A DNA stretch of 64,000 nt from Octopus vulgaris (GCA_951406725.2 OX597825.1:73594001-73658000); one strand, 5' to 3'; positions 39,457-52,216 are shown, counted from the first letter of the stretch. Notes: a model not told the origin generated them from the letters alone. Numbers and translations are program-made.

Positions 39457-39532
39457 TGATTGGCTTGAAAAATTGTTAAGACACTAGGCTATTTTCCTAC
39501 TTTTCTTAACATGAAACCAAATGGTAGCCTCA
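39457..39532 (+). ncRNA. Type I hammerhead motif, U3-A8 variant with long stem II
   Basis: UGA UU GGC UUGAAAA [AU UGUUAAGA CAC UAGG..CCUA CUUU UCUUAACA U] GAAAC CAAAUG GUA^GCC UCA. Confidence 0.75.
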
Positions 39533-39659
39533 GTTCACAAATACAGAATATATATATATATATATATATTTGAAGTCCGGATATAGAAGCTGGAGGTTTC
39601 GAAACAGTTATCCATAGATATCCTCTTTTTGTTTGGACACGATGTAGGTAAAGAACTTT

Positions 39660-39696
39660 GAGAAATTGAAAAGTTTACACGAAACCGGTTTTTCTC
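39660..39696 (+). ncRNA. Minimal type I hammerhead motif, U3-A8 variant
   Basis: GAGAAA UUGAAAA GU-UUAC-AC GAAAC CG GUU^UUUCUC. Perfect 6-bp stem I and palindromic stem III AACCGGUU. Confidence 0.75.
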
Positions 39697-39861
39697 CAAA
39701 AACTATGTTACTATACACAAAAATTTTAGAACATTTTTCTAACATAACGACTTAAATATATCCTTTAACCTTATAAAACAAGCCTTCTGTAGTTTTTTCA
39801 CTCTTTTCTATTTTTTATATATCTAACGACGTGCTTTCACACACCAACTTTCTCACCTATA

Positions 39862-40265
39862 TGCAGGAGTGGCTGTGTGGTAAGTAATTGCTTACCAACC
39901 ACATGGTTCCCGGTTCAGTCCCACTGCGTGGCACCTTGGGCAAGTGTCTTCTACTATAGCCTCGGGCCGACCAAAGCCTTGTGAGTGAATTTGATAGATG
40001 GAAACTGAAAGAAGCCCGTCGTATATATGTATATATATGTATGTATGTGTATATGTTTATGTGTCTGTGTTTGTCCCCCTAGCATTGCTTGACAACCGAT
40101 GCTGGTGTGTTTTCGTCCCCGTCACTTAGCGGTTCGGCAAAAGAGACCGATAGAATAAGTACTGGGCTTACAAAGAATAAGTCCCGGGGTCGATTTGCTC
40201 GACTAAAGGCGGTGCTCCAGCATGGCCGCAGTCAAATGACTGAAACAAGTAAAAGAGTAAAAGAA
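39862..40265 (+). mobile_element. Family A SINE, near full length
   Basis: Matches 15429-15835. Confidence 0.92.
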
Positions 40266-40279
40266 TATATATATATTTC

Positions 40280-40510
40280 GTGGAGGCGCAATGGCCTAGT
40301 GGTTAGGGCAGCGGACTTGCGGTCGGAGGATCGCGGTTTCGATTCCCAGACCGGGCGTTGTGTGTGTTTATTGAGCGAAAACACCTAAAAGCTCCACGAG
40401 GCTCCGGCAGGAGGTGGTGATCCCTGCTGTACTCAAAAAGGCGGTGCTCCAGCATGGCCGCAGTCAAATGACTGAAACAAGTACAAAAAAAAAAAAAAAA
40501 AAAAAAAAAA
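40280..40510 (+). mobile_element. Chimeric SINE: family E head + family A tail + poly(A)
   Basis: E sequence up to ...CCCTGCTGTACTC (~40435), then AAAAGGCGGTGCTCCAGCATGGCCGCAGTCAAATGACTGAAACAAGTAC and a poly(A) run. Confidence 0.85.
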
Positions 40511-40934
40511 TATCTGCATGGCAGCTGACCTTTGTGACGATACATACCTTTGCCCTGTATGTATGTATGTATGTATGTATGTATGTATGTATGTATGTAT
40601 GTATGTATGTATGCATGCATGCATGCATGTATGTATGTATTATAGACTCTCGTCGTTCAACAACGGAGGAGGCCTCGGCAATTTCTTGCTCAACAGTCAC
40701 ACGCATGATTCTTTTTATAACGATCCAGTGTCTCTGTTGACAGCTCATTCCTTCCATCAAATCGACTTCACCTGTACAGGTGGACAAGTGTACCGCATGT
40801 CAGTTGTCGAAATGAAGTGTTCTGCTCAAGAACACAACGCCCTGCCTGGCGCAACAATCGAACGCATGCGAATACAACACCTTAACCACTAAGCCCCACG
40901 CCTTCACACACACACACACAGACACACACACACA

Positions 40935-40979
<45 letters not shown>

Positions 40980-41263
40980 TGTGTGTATGTATGTGTGTGT
41001 GTAAGTTCGTGTATGTATGTATATACTCTTTTTCGGAACGGTGAATCTCGAAGCAGATAAAGCTATAAATAATACCGAGTAAATATTGGGTTTAAATTAC
41101 ACCCCCCCCCACACACACACTTCTGTGTGTATGTATGTGTGTGTGAGTTCGTGTATGTATGTATATAGTCTTTTTTGGAACGGTGAATCTCGAAGCAGAT
41201 AAAGCTATATATAATACCGAGTAAATATTGGGTTTAAAATACCTTAGGACAGAAAACGTCGAA

Positions 41264-41331
41264 GGCTGCCGATGGGATCGAACCTACACCACCTGTAACC
41301 ATGACAGATATTCTACCATTGTGAACAGTCC
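41264..41331 (-). pseudogene. tRNA-like sequence (pseudogene or SINE head)
   Basis: GGACTGTTCACAATGGTAGAATA TCTGT CATGGTT ACAGG TGGTGTA GGTTCGATCCC ATCGGCAGCC: B box, anticodon-like stem and imperfect acceptor stem. Confidence 0.5.
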
Positions 41332-41769
41332 TACTCTAAGCGTGTACTGGCAACCGGAGAACAACAGCTGGGTGAGGGCTTGCGTACTTGGAGGTCGCGA
41401 TGATCCCGGGTGATTTTCGGGTCCCTCGATTGGCCTGTTGGAGGTTCTCCTGTATCACATATTTCGTATACCACGCATACGTTTATCTCATTTCCCCCTC
41501 TCCATTCCTTTTCACCCTCCGCTCCGTTTTCTGTATTCCCCCGCACAAATTGCAAGCTGTCATCATAATGTCCCTTCTCATCTGAAGCCTCTGTTGCAAA
41601 TAAATTCTCTTCTTCTTTCTCCTCATTATCACCATCATCATTAGCAACAACACAAGCAGCAGTAGTAGTAATAGTAGTAGTAGTGATGGTAGTAGTAATT
41701 CTAACCAATAGTTTCCTTTTTCAATCAATCACATTTTTTATTTAACTTATTTTTAACCCATTATTTTTA

Positions 41770-41790
41770 ATCATCATCAATCATTCATTT

Positions 41791-41840
<50 letters not shown>

Positions 41841-41843
41841 TAC

Positions 41844-41888
<45 letters not shown>

Positions 41889-41959
41889 TACCATCATTAC
41901 CATCATCATCATCAACATCATCATCATCGTCATCATCATCATCATCATCATCATCATCG

Positions 41960-41998
<39 letters not shown>

Positions 41999-42001
41999 CC
42001 C

Positions 42002-42034
<33 letters not shown>

Positions 42035-42257
42035 CCGTCATAATCATCATCGTCATCATCATCATCACAATCATCATCACTGTCATCATCATCATCATCA
42101 TCGACATAATCATCATCATCATCATCATCATCGTCGTCGTCGTCATCATCATCATCATCATCATCGTCATCATCAGGAGCAGCTGTAGCAGCTGCAATAA
42201 CCACCGCCACCGCCATCATCATCATCATCATCATCATCACCATCGTCATCGTCATCA
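41770..42257. repeat. Long (ATC)n microsatellite
   Basis: Seen directly; source of the poly-D/poly-M ORFs. Confidence 0.97.
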
Positions 42258-42431
42258 ATTATAAAACGCCATCGACAACGGCTGCAACCCGTTGCCAGGC
42301 TAAGCGACATCAGCTGCAAACACTGATACTAAACTGTTACAGCCGCACAAGGCTGTCGATGATCAATAAAATCCGATCTGCTGTGTACTACTAACTCATT
42401 ATAACCACATATACAGTCACAATTTCACTCT

Positions 42432-42497
<66 letters not shown>

Positions 42498-42594
42498 GTA
42501 GTAGTAAGTATTAGGCTCTTTTGTATACTATTGTTTATATAATGTGTGCTCAGCATTTGGCTGTTTTGTACTACTAATTATTAGTATAACTCGT

Positions 42595-42760
42595 AGGCGC
42601 AGGAGTGGCTGTGTGGTAAGTAGCTTGCTTACGAACCACATGGTTCCGTGTTCAGTCCCATTGCGTGGCACCTTGGGCGAGTGTCTTCTACTATAGCATC
42701 GGGCCGACCAAAGCCTTGTGAGTGGATTTTGTAGATCGAAACTGAAAGAAGCAGGTTGTA
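42595..42760 (+). mobile_element. Family A SINE, 5' half
   Basis: Intact head, truncated at its internal TA tract where a family F copy sits. Older minus-strand A copies follow at ~42965-43380. Confidence 0.85.
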
Positions 42761-43469
42761 TATAAGTATATAAATATATATGCATGTATATAAGAGATAA
42801 TGGTGTCATTGAGACCCAAAGGTGTCAGGTAATGCTGAATAAGTGCTATAGACAGACCATAGTTAAGTTCCAGATTCGGTAATATTGCGAATAAAGGGTT
42901 CAACGTTGGTTCTACGTCAGCGTGTGTATATAAGAATTTTTTGCGTAATGAAATAAAAATTAACCATTTCCGTCTACCAAACCCACCCACAAGGATTTTG
43001 GTCGGTCCGTAGCTTTAGTAGGAGACGCTTGCCCAAAAGGGAGATTGAACCCAGAACCATGTGGTTGGGAAGTAAGCTTCTTACGACACCGCCGCTCCTA
43101 AACAAACTAACACGAACTCTGATTGTCAAGCGGTGGGGGTCAACTACAAACACAAAAGCACAAACACACACACACACACACACACACATACACACACACA
43201 CACCAATACACACACACATGAACGATGGGATTCCACATAGTTTCCGTCCACTAAATTCACCCGCAAGGTATTGCTCGGCCCATTCCTATTGTAGAAGACA
43301 CTTTCCCAAGGGGCTACGTAGTGAGACTGAGCCTGAAACCACCTGGTTTTAAAGCGAGCTTCCAAACCACAGCTACCCAGCACCCATCTCCAATTGATCA
43401 GAATTTCTCTGTATTCTCTACATACATATGTGGTGAATATTTCTTTATATCACGCAGTCAATGTTCGTC

Positions 43470-43849
43470 AGTTTTGGAAGCATTCCGTCGGTTACGACGA
43501 CGAGGGTTCCGGTTGATAGGAATTAACGGAACAGCCTGCTCGTGAAATTAACGTGTAAGTGGCTGAGCACTCCACAGACACGTGTACCCTTAACGTAGTT
43601 AACGTAGTTCTCGGGGATATTCAGCGTGACACAGAGAGTGACAAGGTCGGCCCCTTTGAAATACAGGTACAACAGAAACAGGAAGTAAGAGTGAGAGAAA
43701 GTTGTGGTGAAAGAGTACAGCAGGGATCACCACCATCCCCTGCCGGAGCCTCGTGGAGCTTTAGGTGTTTTCGCTCAATAAACACTCACAACGCCCAGTC
43801 TGGGAATCGAAACCGCGATCCTATGACCACTGGGGGCCATTGCGCCTCC
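43470..43849 (-). mobile_element. Family E SINE, near full length
   Basis: TSD CAATGTTCGTC at 43459-43469 and 43850-43860; small deletion in the tRNA head. Confidence 0.9.
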
Positions 43850-44092
43850 CAATGTTCGTCTGTATTATGTAATGATTATATGCGTGATCTTTATATGATT
43901 GTATTTTGTACTACAAACGGTTATATCCACTTATGAGATTAGTATTTGAAAGTTTTGTAGCAATGATGTTTAGTAATGCCGAAAAGCTATAATACATCTT
44001 TTCTCTTTGTATTCATTCATGGACATCACCTTTTCTATTTTGCTTCAATCCTCACCTGTATTGCTCAAAGGTCTTTTTGCAAATATGTCGTC

Positions 44093-44437
44093 GTAGCACT
44101 CCGCCGGTTACAACGACGAAGGCCCCGATCCGATCAACGGAATGGCCTGCTCGTGAAATTAACGTGTAAGTGGCTGAGCACTCCACAGACAAGTGTGTCC
44201 TTAACGTAGTTCTCGGGGGAGATTCAGCGTGACAGGCTGGCCCCTTTGAAATACAGGTACAACAGAAACAAGAAGTGAGAGAAAGTTGTGATAAAAGAGC
44301 ACATCCACCTGCCCCTGCTGGAGCCTCGTGGATTCTTCAGATGTTTTCACTCAATAAACAACTCACAACGGCCGGTGTGGGAATCGATACAGCGATCCTG
44401 CGACTGCGAGTCCGCTGCCCTAACCATTGCGCCTCCA
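44093..44437 (-). mobile_element. Family E SINE, older copy
   Basis: Imperfect TSD TGCAAA(T/C)ATGT(C/A)GTC at 44078-44092 and 44438-44452. Confidence 0.85.
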
Positions 44438-44662
44438 TGCAAACATGTAGTCCCCATGTATATATGTTTCGCGATAGAAAATCTAACAAAAAACGTACAC
44501 ACACATTTGCATACAGTTATACACACATACATACATACATACATACATACATACACACAAACACACACACACACACACATGGATAAATTAAGAAATGGAG
44601 TCAAACGCAGGTGTTATTCAAATCCTTTTTCTTTATGCGAACATATTGAAAAAATATACATT

Positions 44663-44733
<71 letters not shown>

Positions 44734-44931
44734 ATGTGTGTGTGTAAAGAGAGAGAGAAAGAGAGAAACAAATATTGGTTTATCAAATACCATACAACAA
44801 AACGTTCATTTATTGATATTTTATCTCCGCCTCCAGAGGATGTATCAAAATAACCAGTTCCACTTGAGAAGGGGAGATAATCTCTAGAGTCAAGGACTCT
44901 CCAAAACTGACACGCCATTCAAGAAAGGTGT

Positions 44932-45146
44932 AAACTAATTTTAATACACTCTTCGACATACTCAGTGACGTGTCAAACTAATTTTAATACACTCTCCGAC
45001 ATACTCAGTGACGTGTCAAACTAATTTTAATACACTCTCCGACATACTCAGTGACGTGTCAAACTAATTTTAATACACTCTCCGACATACTCAGTGACGT
45101 GTCAAACTAATTTTAATATACTCTTCGACATACTCAGTGACGTGTC
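44932..45146. repeat. Minisatellite, 5 x 43 bp
   Basis: AAACTAATTTTAATACACTCT(C/T)CGACATACTCAGTGACGTGTC at 44932, 44975, 45018, 45061, 45104; no spacers. Confidence 0.97.
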
Positions 45147-47620
45147 ATAGTCAAAAGACTCAGTTGTATGAAAAATTACAAATAGTATTGAAGACTCGCT
45201 GGTATTTATGACTCAGTAGTATGAGAATCTCACTGATATGAAGAAAACATTTAACTGTTTGACAGACTCGATCATATGAATGATTCAACAATATATGAAT
45301 TAATACGACTTATAATAGTATGAAAGACTCATTAATGTGAATAGTAAGAAAGACATATTAATACTCGTGATTCATTGATATGAAAATTTCATTGATATCG
45401 AAGTCTCTGTGGTATGAAGCGCTAGAAGTCCACAATGATAAAAATAAGCTTTATTTATTCTCTCTCTTATCTCGATCTTATTTCCTATCATGTATCTGTT
45501 TTGTTCTTTTTTTGTTTCCAATCTGGATCTCATCAATTTCCAAGATGGGTGAAAGGATCTTCGTTCATTAATGATTTGGTATCTCTCAGTCAGCTCCGTG
45601 GTAAGAGGAAAGATGATATTCGTTGTGGATTAGAAGAAGGAAAAATTGCACTTTTGTGTCCTCTTTTCTAGAGAAATATCTGAAATCGCTATGTTATATT
45701 ATCTGGATGTTCAGCTAATTTAATTAGACCGCAAGTGATGTGTAATTAAAAATAGGAAATTGAGAGAGGATTTGAAATATAATACATATACATGTGTGAT
45801 TCAGATTATTTTTAACTTGATGTCAGGTGTACGATCGGAGATCTGAGGAAAACACAAGAGGTGATAATTTGCAGCGAATAATGTGGAAATCGGGTTAAGT
45901 TAGCAACCAGTTATAGAGGACCTTAGAGAAAATATATTCTTCTTTCTGTGTGTCCTTTCCAAAAGGGAGATAAATTCAACATTTGTCTTCTTTGGTTGTC
46001 ATATAGTAATTAGGGTTTACCTGTTGGAAACACATCTGCTACTTACTGTGTCATATAAGGTTATATTACAACAGTAACTGATAGTTCAACAGTATCATTG
46101 ATAATGATTTCAAATTTTAGCACAAAGCCAGCAATTTCGAGTGGGAGGTGGTAATCTTACATTGGCCCAGTTCTTAACTTTGCTTTTCGTCTTCTCGGGG
46201 TCGATAAAATCCGAGAAGACGTAAAGCAAAGTCGATGAAAACAGACAAAATGCCGCTATGCATTTCACCTGATGTGCTAACGAGTCTGCCAGCTCTCTGC
46301 CTTATTGATATTGATAATACACAGTTATTGCAAATATATGTCCTAACTATATTTGCAACAAAATTTCCGTAAGTTAGAAACCCTTAAATAAGTATTACCC
46401 CAGCTATAATTAGAATCACAACGAAGGGCAATCACACAATATCCAAGGAACAAAACCACCATAGGCGAAGAAAGCAAGAACCCTTTAACAAGTTCAACCT
46501 TACGAGAATGAAAGACAACTTAAAGTAACCAGAACACAAAATTTAAAAACATTCAAACAACATGCTTCCGTCATCGGCTGCCTAAAGGATATCGTTATGG
46601 TTTCGACACCTGGGCGGGACCATTCAATTCGGTGATGCCTGCGTTAAAACATAAACACTGCCTTGGAATAAATAGACAAGAATTAGGAGCAAAACATTTG
46701 TGTAACACGCCCATTACGTCTACACCTGCTAATTATTATAAACACGAATATCAAATCTCAAACTTAAATTGTTTCATACCTATATCTGCGAAGCACAGAA
46801 ATTAAAAAATACTACATATTAAACAGGCGTAGGAGTGGCTGTGTGGTAAGTAGCTTGCTTACGAACCACATGGTTCCGGGTTCAGTCCCACTGCGTGGCA
46901 CCTTCGATGGAATTTGAACTTAGTACGTAAAGACGAACGAAATGCCGCGCTAGACATTTTGGCCGGCCTGCTAACGACTCTGCCAGTTTATCGCCTTAGT
47001 ATATCCGAATTATTACTCGTCAAATACAGGTGACATACAGGTTATATAAGAACTTCGTACTTTAATTCTGATAATTCTAGCAAATTATTTGAAAGTAAAA
47101 AAAAGAAACCCAGAAACATACTTTTGTCTCGGAACATATTTTTGTTATATAATAAAATAACTGGAAAGGAGGAAGAAAATCTTCATATTTTGTACTGCTT
47201 CGGTTTTACGCCTTTCTTAAACATTCTTCCTGTATTATATCTTTCACTGGAAGATGTTTAAGTGTTCAGTACGGGTGTTAAGTGATATATTTCCATGGTG
47301 ATTTCTTTTTTCTGTTTTACTATTTGTTTCTCCTTTTTTTCTTTTTTAATCTCCTTTTTTTTTGATAGCGACGATTTCAAGAAATCAGATTCCAACATCT
47401 TGTCATGTGATTTGTTCGCTGGGAATGGCAAAGAGTACAAAGATATCCGGATGTGTAAATATCGCTTCAACAATAGAAATTGCGAAATGACTTGTTGAAC
47501 GAAAGATCTGTTATTAGAGTGAGTGAGATTATTACTGAGCAGATTCACTCAAGAAACCCATTAGCAGAATTGTGAAATTTTCGAAAATACTGAAGCAACA
47601 ACAACAGAAACAACAGCAGC

Positions 47621-47657
<37 letters not shown>

Positions 47658-47967
47658 CTAACAATAATAATAATAATAAAAATATATTTTAATAATAATA
47701 ATAGTAATAATAATAATAATAATAATCTTTTCTACTCTAGTCACAAGGCCCGAAATTTTCGGGGAGGGGGCGGCAGTCGATTAGATCGACCCCAGTACGC
47801 AACTGGTACTTAATTTATCGACCTCCGAAAGGATGAAAGGCAAAGTCAACCTCGACGGAATTTGAACTCAGAACGTAAAGACAGACGAAATGCCGCTAAA
47901 CATTTCGCCCGGAGTGCTAACATTTCTGCCAGATCGCCACATAATAATAATGATAATAATAATAATG

Positions 47968-48019
<52 letters not shown>

Positions 48020-48035
48020 TGATGATGATGATGAT

Positions 48036-48240
48036 GAAAAACATTAGAAAAATTATTGGAGCTGCTGTCAGGCTCGAAGTGATCCAGAAGACAGCATTGT
48101 TGGGTTCAGCTCGCATTCTAAGAGTATTGTCTCTTTGAGTCACAGGAGAAGGCATTACTTGGAAACTTTGGGGATTTGTTGTTGCTTGCTTTCAAGCAAA
48201 GAATAACCGGTAATTAAGAACTATCCGAGAGTCTCTCAGA
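48036..48240 (+). mobile_element. R4/Dong-type 3' end after (TAA/TGA)n, family 3
   Basis: KIIGAAVRLEVIQKTALLGSARILRVLSL* and a third distinct 3' UTR. Confidence 0.8.
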
Positions 48241-49154
48241 AAAACAACAACAACAACAATAATGATAATAATAATAATAATAATATTAATAATAATAACA
48301 ATAATAATACTTCTACTAAAGGCACAAGACCTGAACTTTTTTGTGGGGTGGGGTGGGGGATAGCCGATTACATCGATTCCAGTATTTGACCGGTACTTAA
48401 TTCATCGACCCCGAAAAGATGAAATGCAAATTCGACCTCGCCGGAATTTGAACTCAGAACGTAAAGACGGATGAAATGCCGTGAGGTATTTCACCCGGCG
48501 TGCTAACGATTCCGCCAGCTCGCCGCTTTAATGATGGTGATGATGATGATGATGATGATGATGATAACTGTTTAATATCTCGCTTTACTGCGAATCTATA
48601 TGTTTAACCTAAGTACGAAGACGAATAAAAAGAAGAAGGAAGGGGAGGAGGAGGAGGAAGAAGACGAGGGGGAAGAGGAGGGGAAGAGGAGAAGCGGCTG
48701 GGTGATATTTACCAGATATATGATAACAACAACATCAACAACACGTCCAGCTTTCAGTTTATATAAAACCTGAAGACAAATTGAATGTCTATGTCTGAAC
48801 GATGAACGAAATTGTTTACGCCGTTGGACACAATGTCATTCACGCTTGTTCCAGGTTTTTTTTCCAGGGCAACATTTTAATATTTAATTAATAAGTAATT
48901 CCAATTAAATAACACATAATTTCAATTAAATGTCTGTAAGTGGAACAAGCCTAATTGTCAAGAAACTGAACAACGGATGATGGTTTCTGCAATATTACTA
49001 TGTCGACCTAATTAGTCTAGCAGCACTTTTATTAATATCGATAATTGAAATCTGTAGGTTCTTGTCAAGAACTAAGGTGTCAGGAAGCTACAAGAACATA
49101 CCTTCGAGTGTCGAGGCGTGTGTTGGGGAGTGGAGGTCATGTGGAATATATGTT

Positions 49155-49692
49155 AGGCATGGCTGTATGGGTTATAAAGTTCGTACTTCACAACTCACAA
49201 CCATACGGACTCGGGTTCGATCTGAGTGCTTCTGCGTATCATTCTGGACCAGCATCTCCTGAAGAAAGACCAGAGTTGACCGATGCCTTGTGAGTAAAAT
49301 GTTGTAGACTAAAACTATGCGAAACTCCGTCGTATGTATGTATGTTTGTATGCATGTATTTATGTATGTATGTATGTGAGTGTGTGTTTGTGTATGTGTG
49401 TCTGTGTGTCTGTGCCATTATTCAGTTTTTTCAAGATTTCTTGTCAATAGAGAAAGAGCCGGTTTCTAACCTAGATGTTTGTGTGTCAGTGTTTGTCCCC
49501 CCACCATTGCTTGATAACCGATACTGGCGTGTTTGTGTCCCCGTAACTTACCGGTTCGGCACAAGGGCCCGATAGAATAAGTACTAGGCTTACAACGAAT
49601 GAATCCTGGGGTAGATTTGCTCGATCGACTAAAGGCGGTGCTCCAGCATGGCCGCAGTCAAATGACTGAAGCAAATGAAAGAATAAAAGAAG
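49155..49692 (+). mobile_element. Diverged family A SINE with a short foreign insert at ~49410-49475
   Basis: Degenerate head and clear A tail. The insert reads GAAACCGGCTCTTTCTC on the minus strand, resembling a hammerhead 3' half. Confidence 0.7.
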
Positions 49693-50567
49693 AATACATA
49701 CATATATACATACATACTTACATACATACATACACACATACATACATATATACACACATACATACATACATACATACACACATACATAATACATACATAC
49801 ATACATGTATACATACATCCATCCACCCATCCATCCATACATACATACACACATACATACATACATACGTACATACATACATACACACATACATACACAC
49901 ATAACATACATACATACATACATACATACGTTCACACATACATACATACACACACACATACATAATACATACATACATACATGTATACATATATCCATCC
50001 ACCCATCCATCCATCCATACATACATACACACACATACATACATACATACATACATACATACATACATACATACATACATACATACACACATAACATACA
50101 TGCATACCTACCTACCTACATACATACATACACACACTCCCACACACTATGCTAAGCTTGGGCCAGAATTGACCTAAGCCATACCTAACTTAAAAAAGCA
50201 CCACTTGAAAAAGTAATTTAATGGTGTTTCATATCACAGCCTTTCTTTGGGCACCATAAACCATTCGTCGAGCAAAGTGTTATTGTTTGAAAAGATAAAA
50301 CAGGGCGTAGGTAGTTTATCTGGAATTTCTTGGAGATATCCATCCAGGAACCGTTTTGAGTGTTATGATTGTTTTCACTTCTCTAATGTTTTTGGCACGA
50401 TGCTAAAGAGAGAGTAGGGCTAGTTGAGGTGAAATAGTTCTTTGTTGGTATTGTGATATGGTGTGAGCATGATTTTTGTAGAGGGTGGATGGCACGGGAC
50501 CAAGCGTTGCGTGATTTTTTAAGTTAATGCCAACATCATTATAGACATGCACCCAAAGTCCAAGCAG

Positions 50568-50620
<53 letters not shown>

Positions 50621-50764
50621 CATATAATATATAGTGAGAATTTACAAAAAGAAACAAAAGATGAAGACGGGTGTGTAAGTAACAAACAGGTGTATTAGGT
50701 TAACGCTCGGGAAGTGAGAAAGTCTTTTAGGTTTCGAGCCTACGCTCTTCGACACACACACACA

Positions 50765-50816
<52 letters not shown>

Positions 50817-50979
50817 TGTGTGTGTGGGGGGGGTGTTTGTGTGTGTTTGTGTGTGTGTGCGCGCGCGCGTTCGTATGTGTGTGTGTAGGTTTAGGCTACC
50901 ATTGGTTTCATGCGAAGAGAGAGAAACTCCTTAACAATTATCAAGCGTGGCACATGGAACATCCACATTGTTCAATATT

Positions 50980-51050
<71 letters not shown>

Positions 51051-51107
51051 CCGTTTGGTGTTGAGTGTCGGAAAAGAGAGTGCTCAATACTGTAGAAGTG
51101 ATTAATA

Positions 51108-51299
51108 ATAGATTCTAGTTTGGTCGAGTCAACCTCTTGCTACTCTGAGTTTCGGTTACTGGTACAGTGAGTCTTCAGTCAAATTATAACTCAGGCAGGT
51201 CATGACTTCAGACAATTGATAAGTTGCTTAACGACCCTCTGTACGCACAGGCCGAACTCAGAGTAGCAAGAGACTCGACTCGGCTAAGATAATATCTAT
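51108..51299. repeat. Inverted repeat made of two degenerate head-to-head hammerhead modules
   Basis: TCTTGCTACTCTGAGTTTCGG and CCGAACTCAGAGTAGCAAGA arms. Minus arm: CUGAAGA...GAAAC UCAGA GUA^GCAA. Plus arm: UUGC UUAACGA...GAAC UCAGA GUA^GCAA. Confidence 0.65.
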
Positions 51300-51610
51300 A
51301 TATCTGTGTTTGTACGTGTGCGTGCGTCTCTGTGTGAGTGTGTGTGTGTTTCTGTCAGTGTTCCTCTGTGATTCGCCCTCTTCATCATTTTCTCTGCCTC
51401 TGCCAGGCAGCTTATTCGCATCTCTACTTGTCTCTCAGTAAATAATCTCGGAGATTTGCTTACGTAGTTTATTCTCTCTTCTTTTCAATCTCATATTTGC
51501 CTGTCTCGTCTGTCTGTCTGTATGTCTCTCTACCTGTCTGTCTGTGTGTCTGTAAGTCTACCTACTTGGTCTTTCTGCCTTTCTATCTCTCTATCTGTTT
51601 GTCTCTTTCT

Positions 51611-52216
51611 TATTTCATTATTGCTCACAAGGGGCTAAACACAGAGGGGACAAACAAAGACAGGCAAAGGGATTAAGTCGAATACATCGACCCCAGTGCG
51701 AAACTGGTACATATTTAATCGACCCCGAAAGGATGAAAGGCAAAATCGACCTCGGCGGAATTTGAACGCAGAAAGTAACCTCAGACGAAATACATATTTC
51801 TTTACTACCCAGTAAGGGGCTAAACACAGAAGAGACAAACAAGGACAGAAAACGGATTAAGTCGATTACATCGACCCCAGTGCGAAACTGGTACCTATTT
51901 AATCGACCCCGAAAGGATGGAAGGCAAAGTCGACCTCGGTGGAATTTGAACTCAGAGTGTAAAGACAGACGAAATACCTATTTCTTTACTACCCACAAGG
52001 GGCTAAACACAGAGGAGACAAACAAGGACAGAAAAACGGATTAAGTCGATTACATCGATCCCCAGTGCGTAACTGGTACTTATTTAATCGACCCCGAAAG
52101 GATGGAAGGCAAAATCGACCTCGGCGGAATTTGAACTCTGAACGTAACGGCAGACGAAATACCGCTAAGCATTTCGCCCAGCGTGCCAACGTTTCCGCCA
52201 GCTCATCGCCGCCTTT
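51611..52216 (-). mobile_element. Family B SINE, trimer
   Basis: Units at 51611, 51795, 51979. TSD TGTT(T/A)GTCTCTTTCT at 51596-51610 and 52217-52231. Confidence 0.9.

Noticed and set aside
44932-45146. Possible CRISPR array
   Set aside because: Contiguous 43-bp units with no unique spacers, no cas genes, and a eukaryotic context.
47340-47525. Possible exon (polypyrimidine tract + AG at ~47368, GTGAGT at ~47519)
   Set aside because: Stops occur in all three frames before the donor and no protein is recognisable; a non-coding exon cannot be supported without RNA data.
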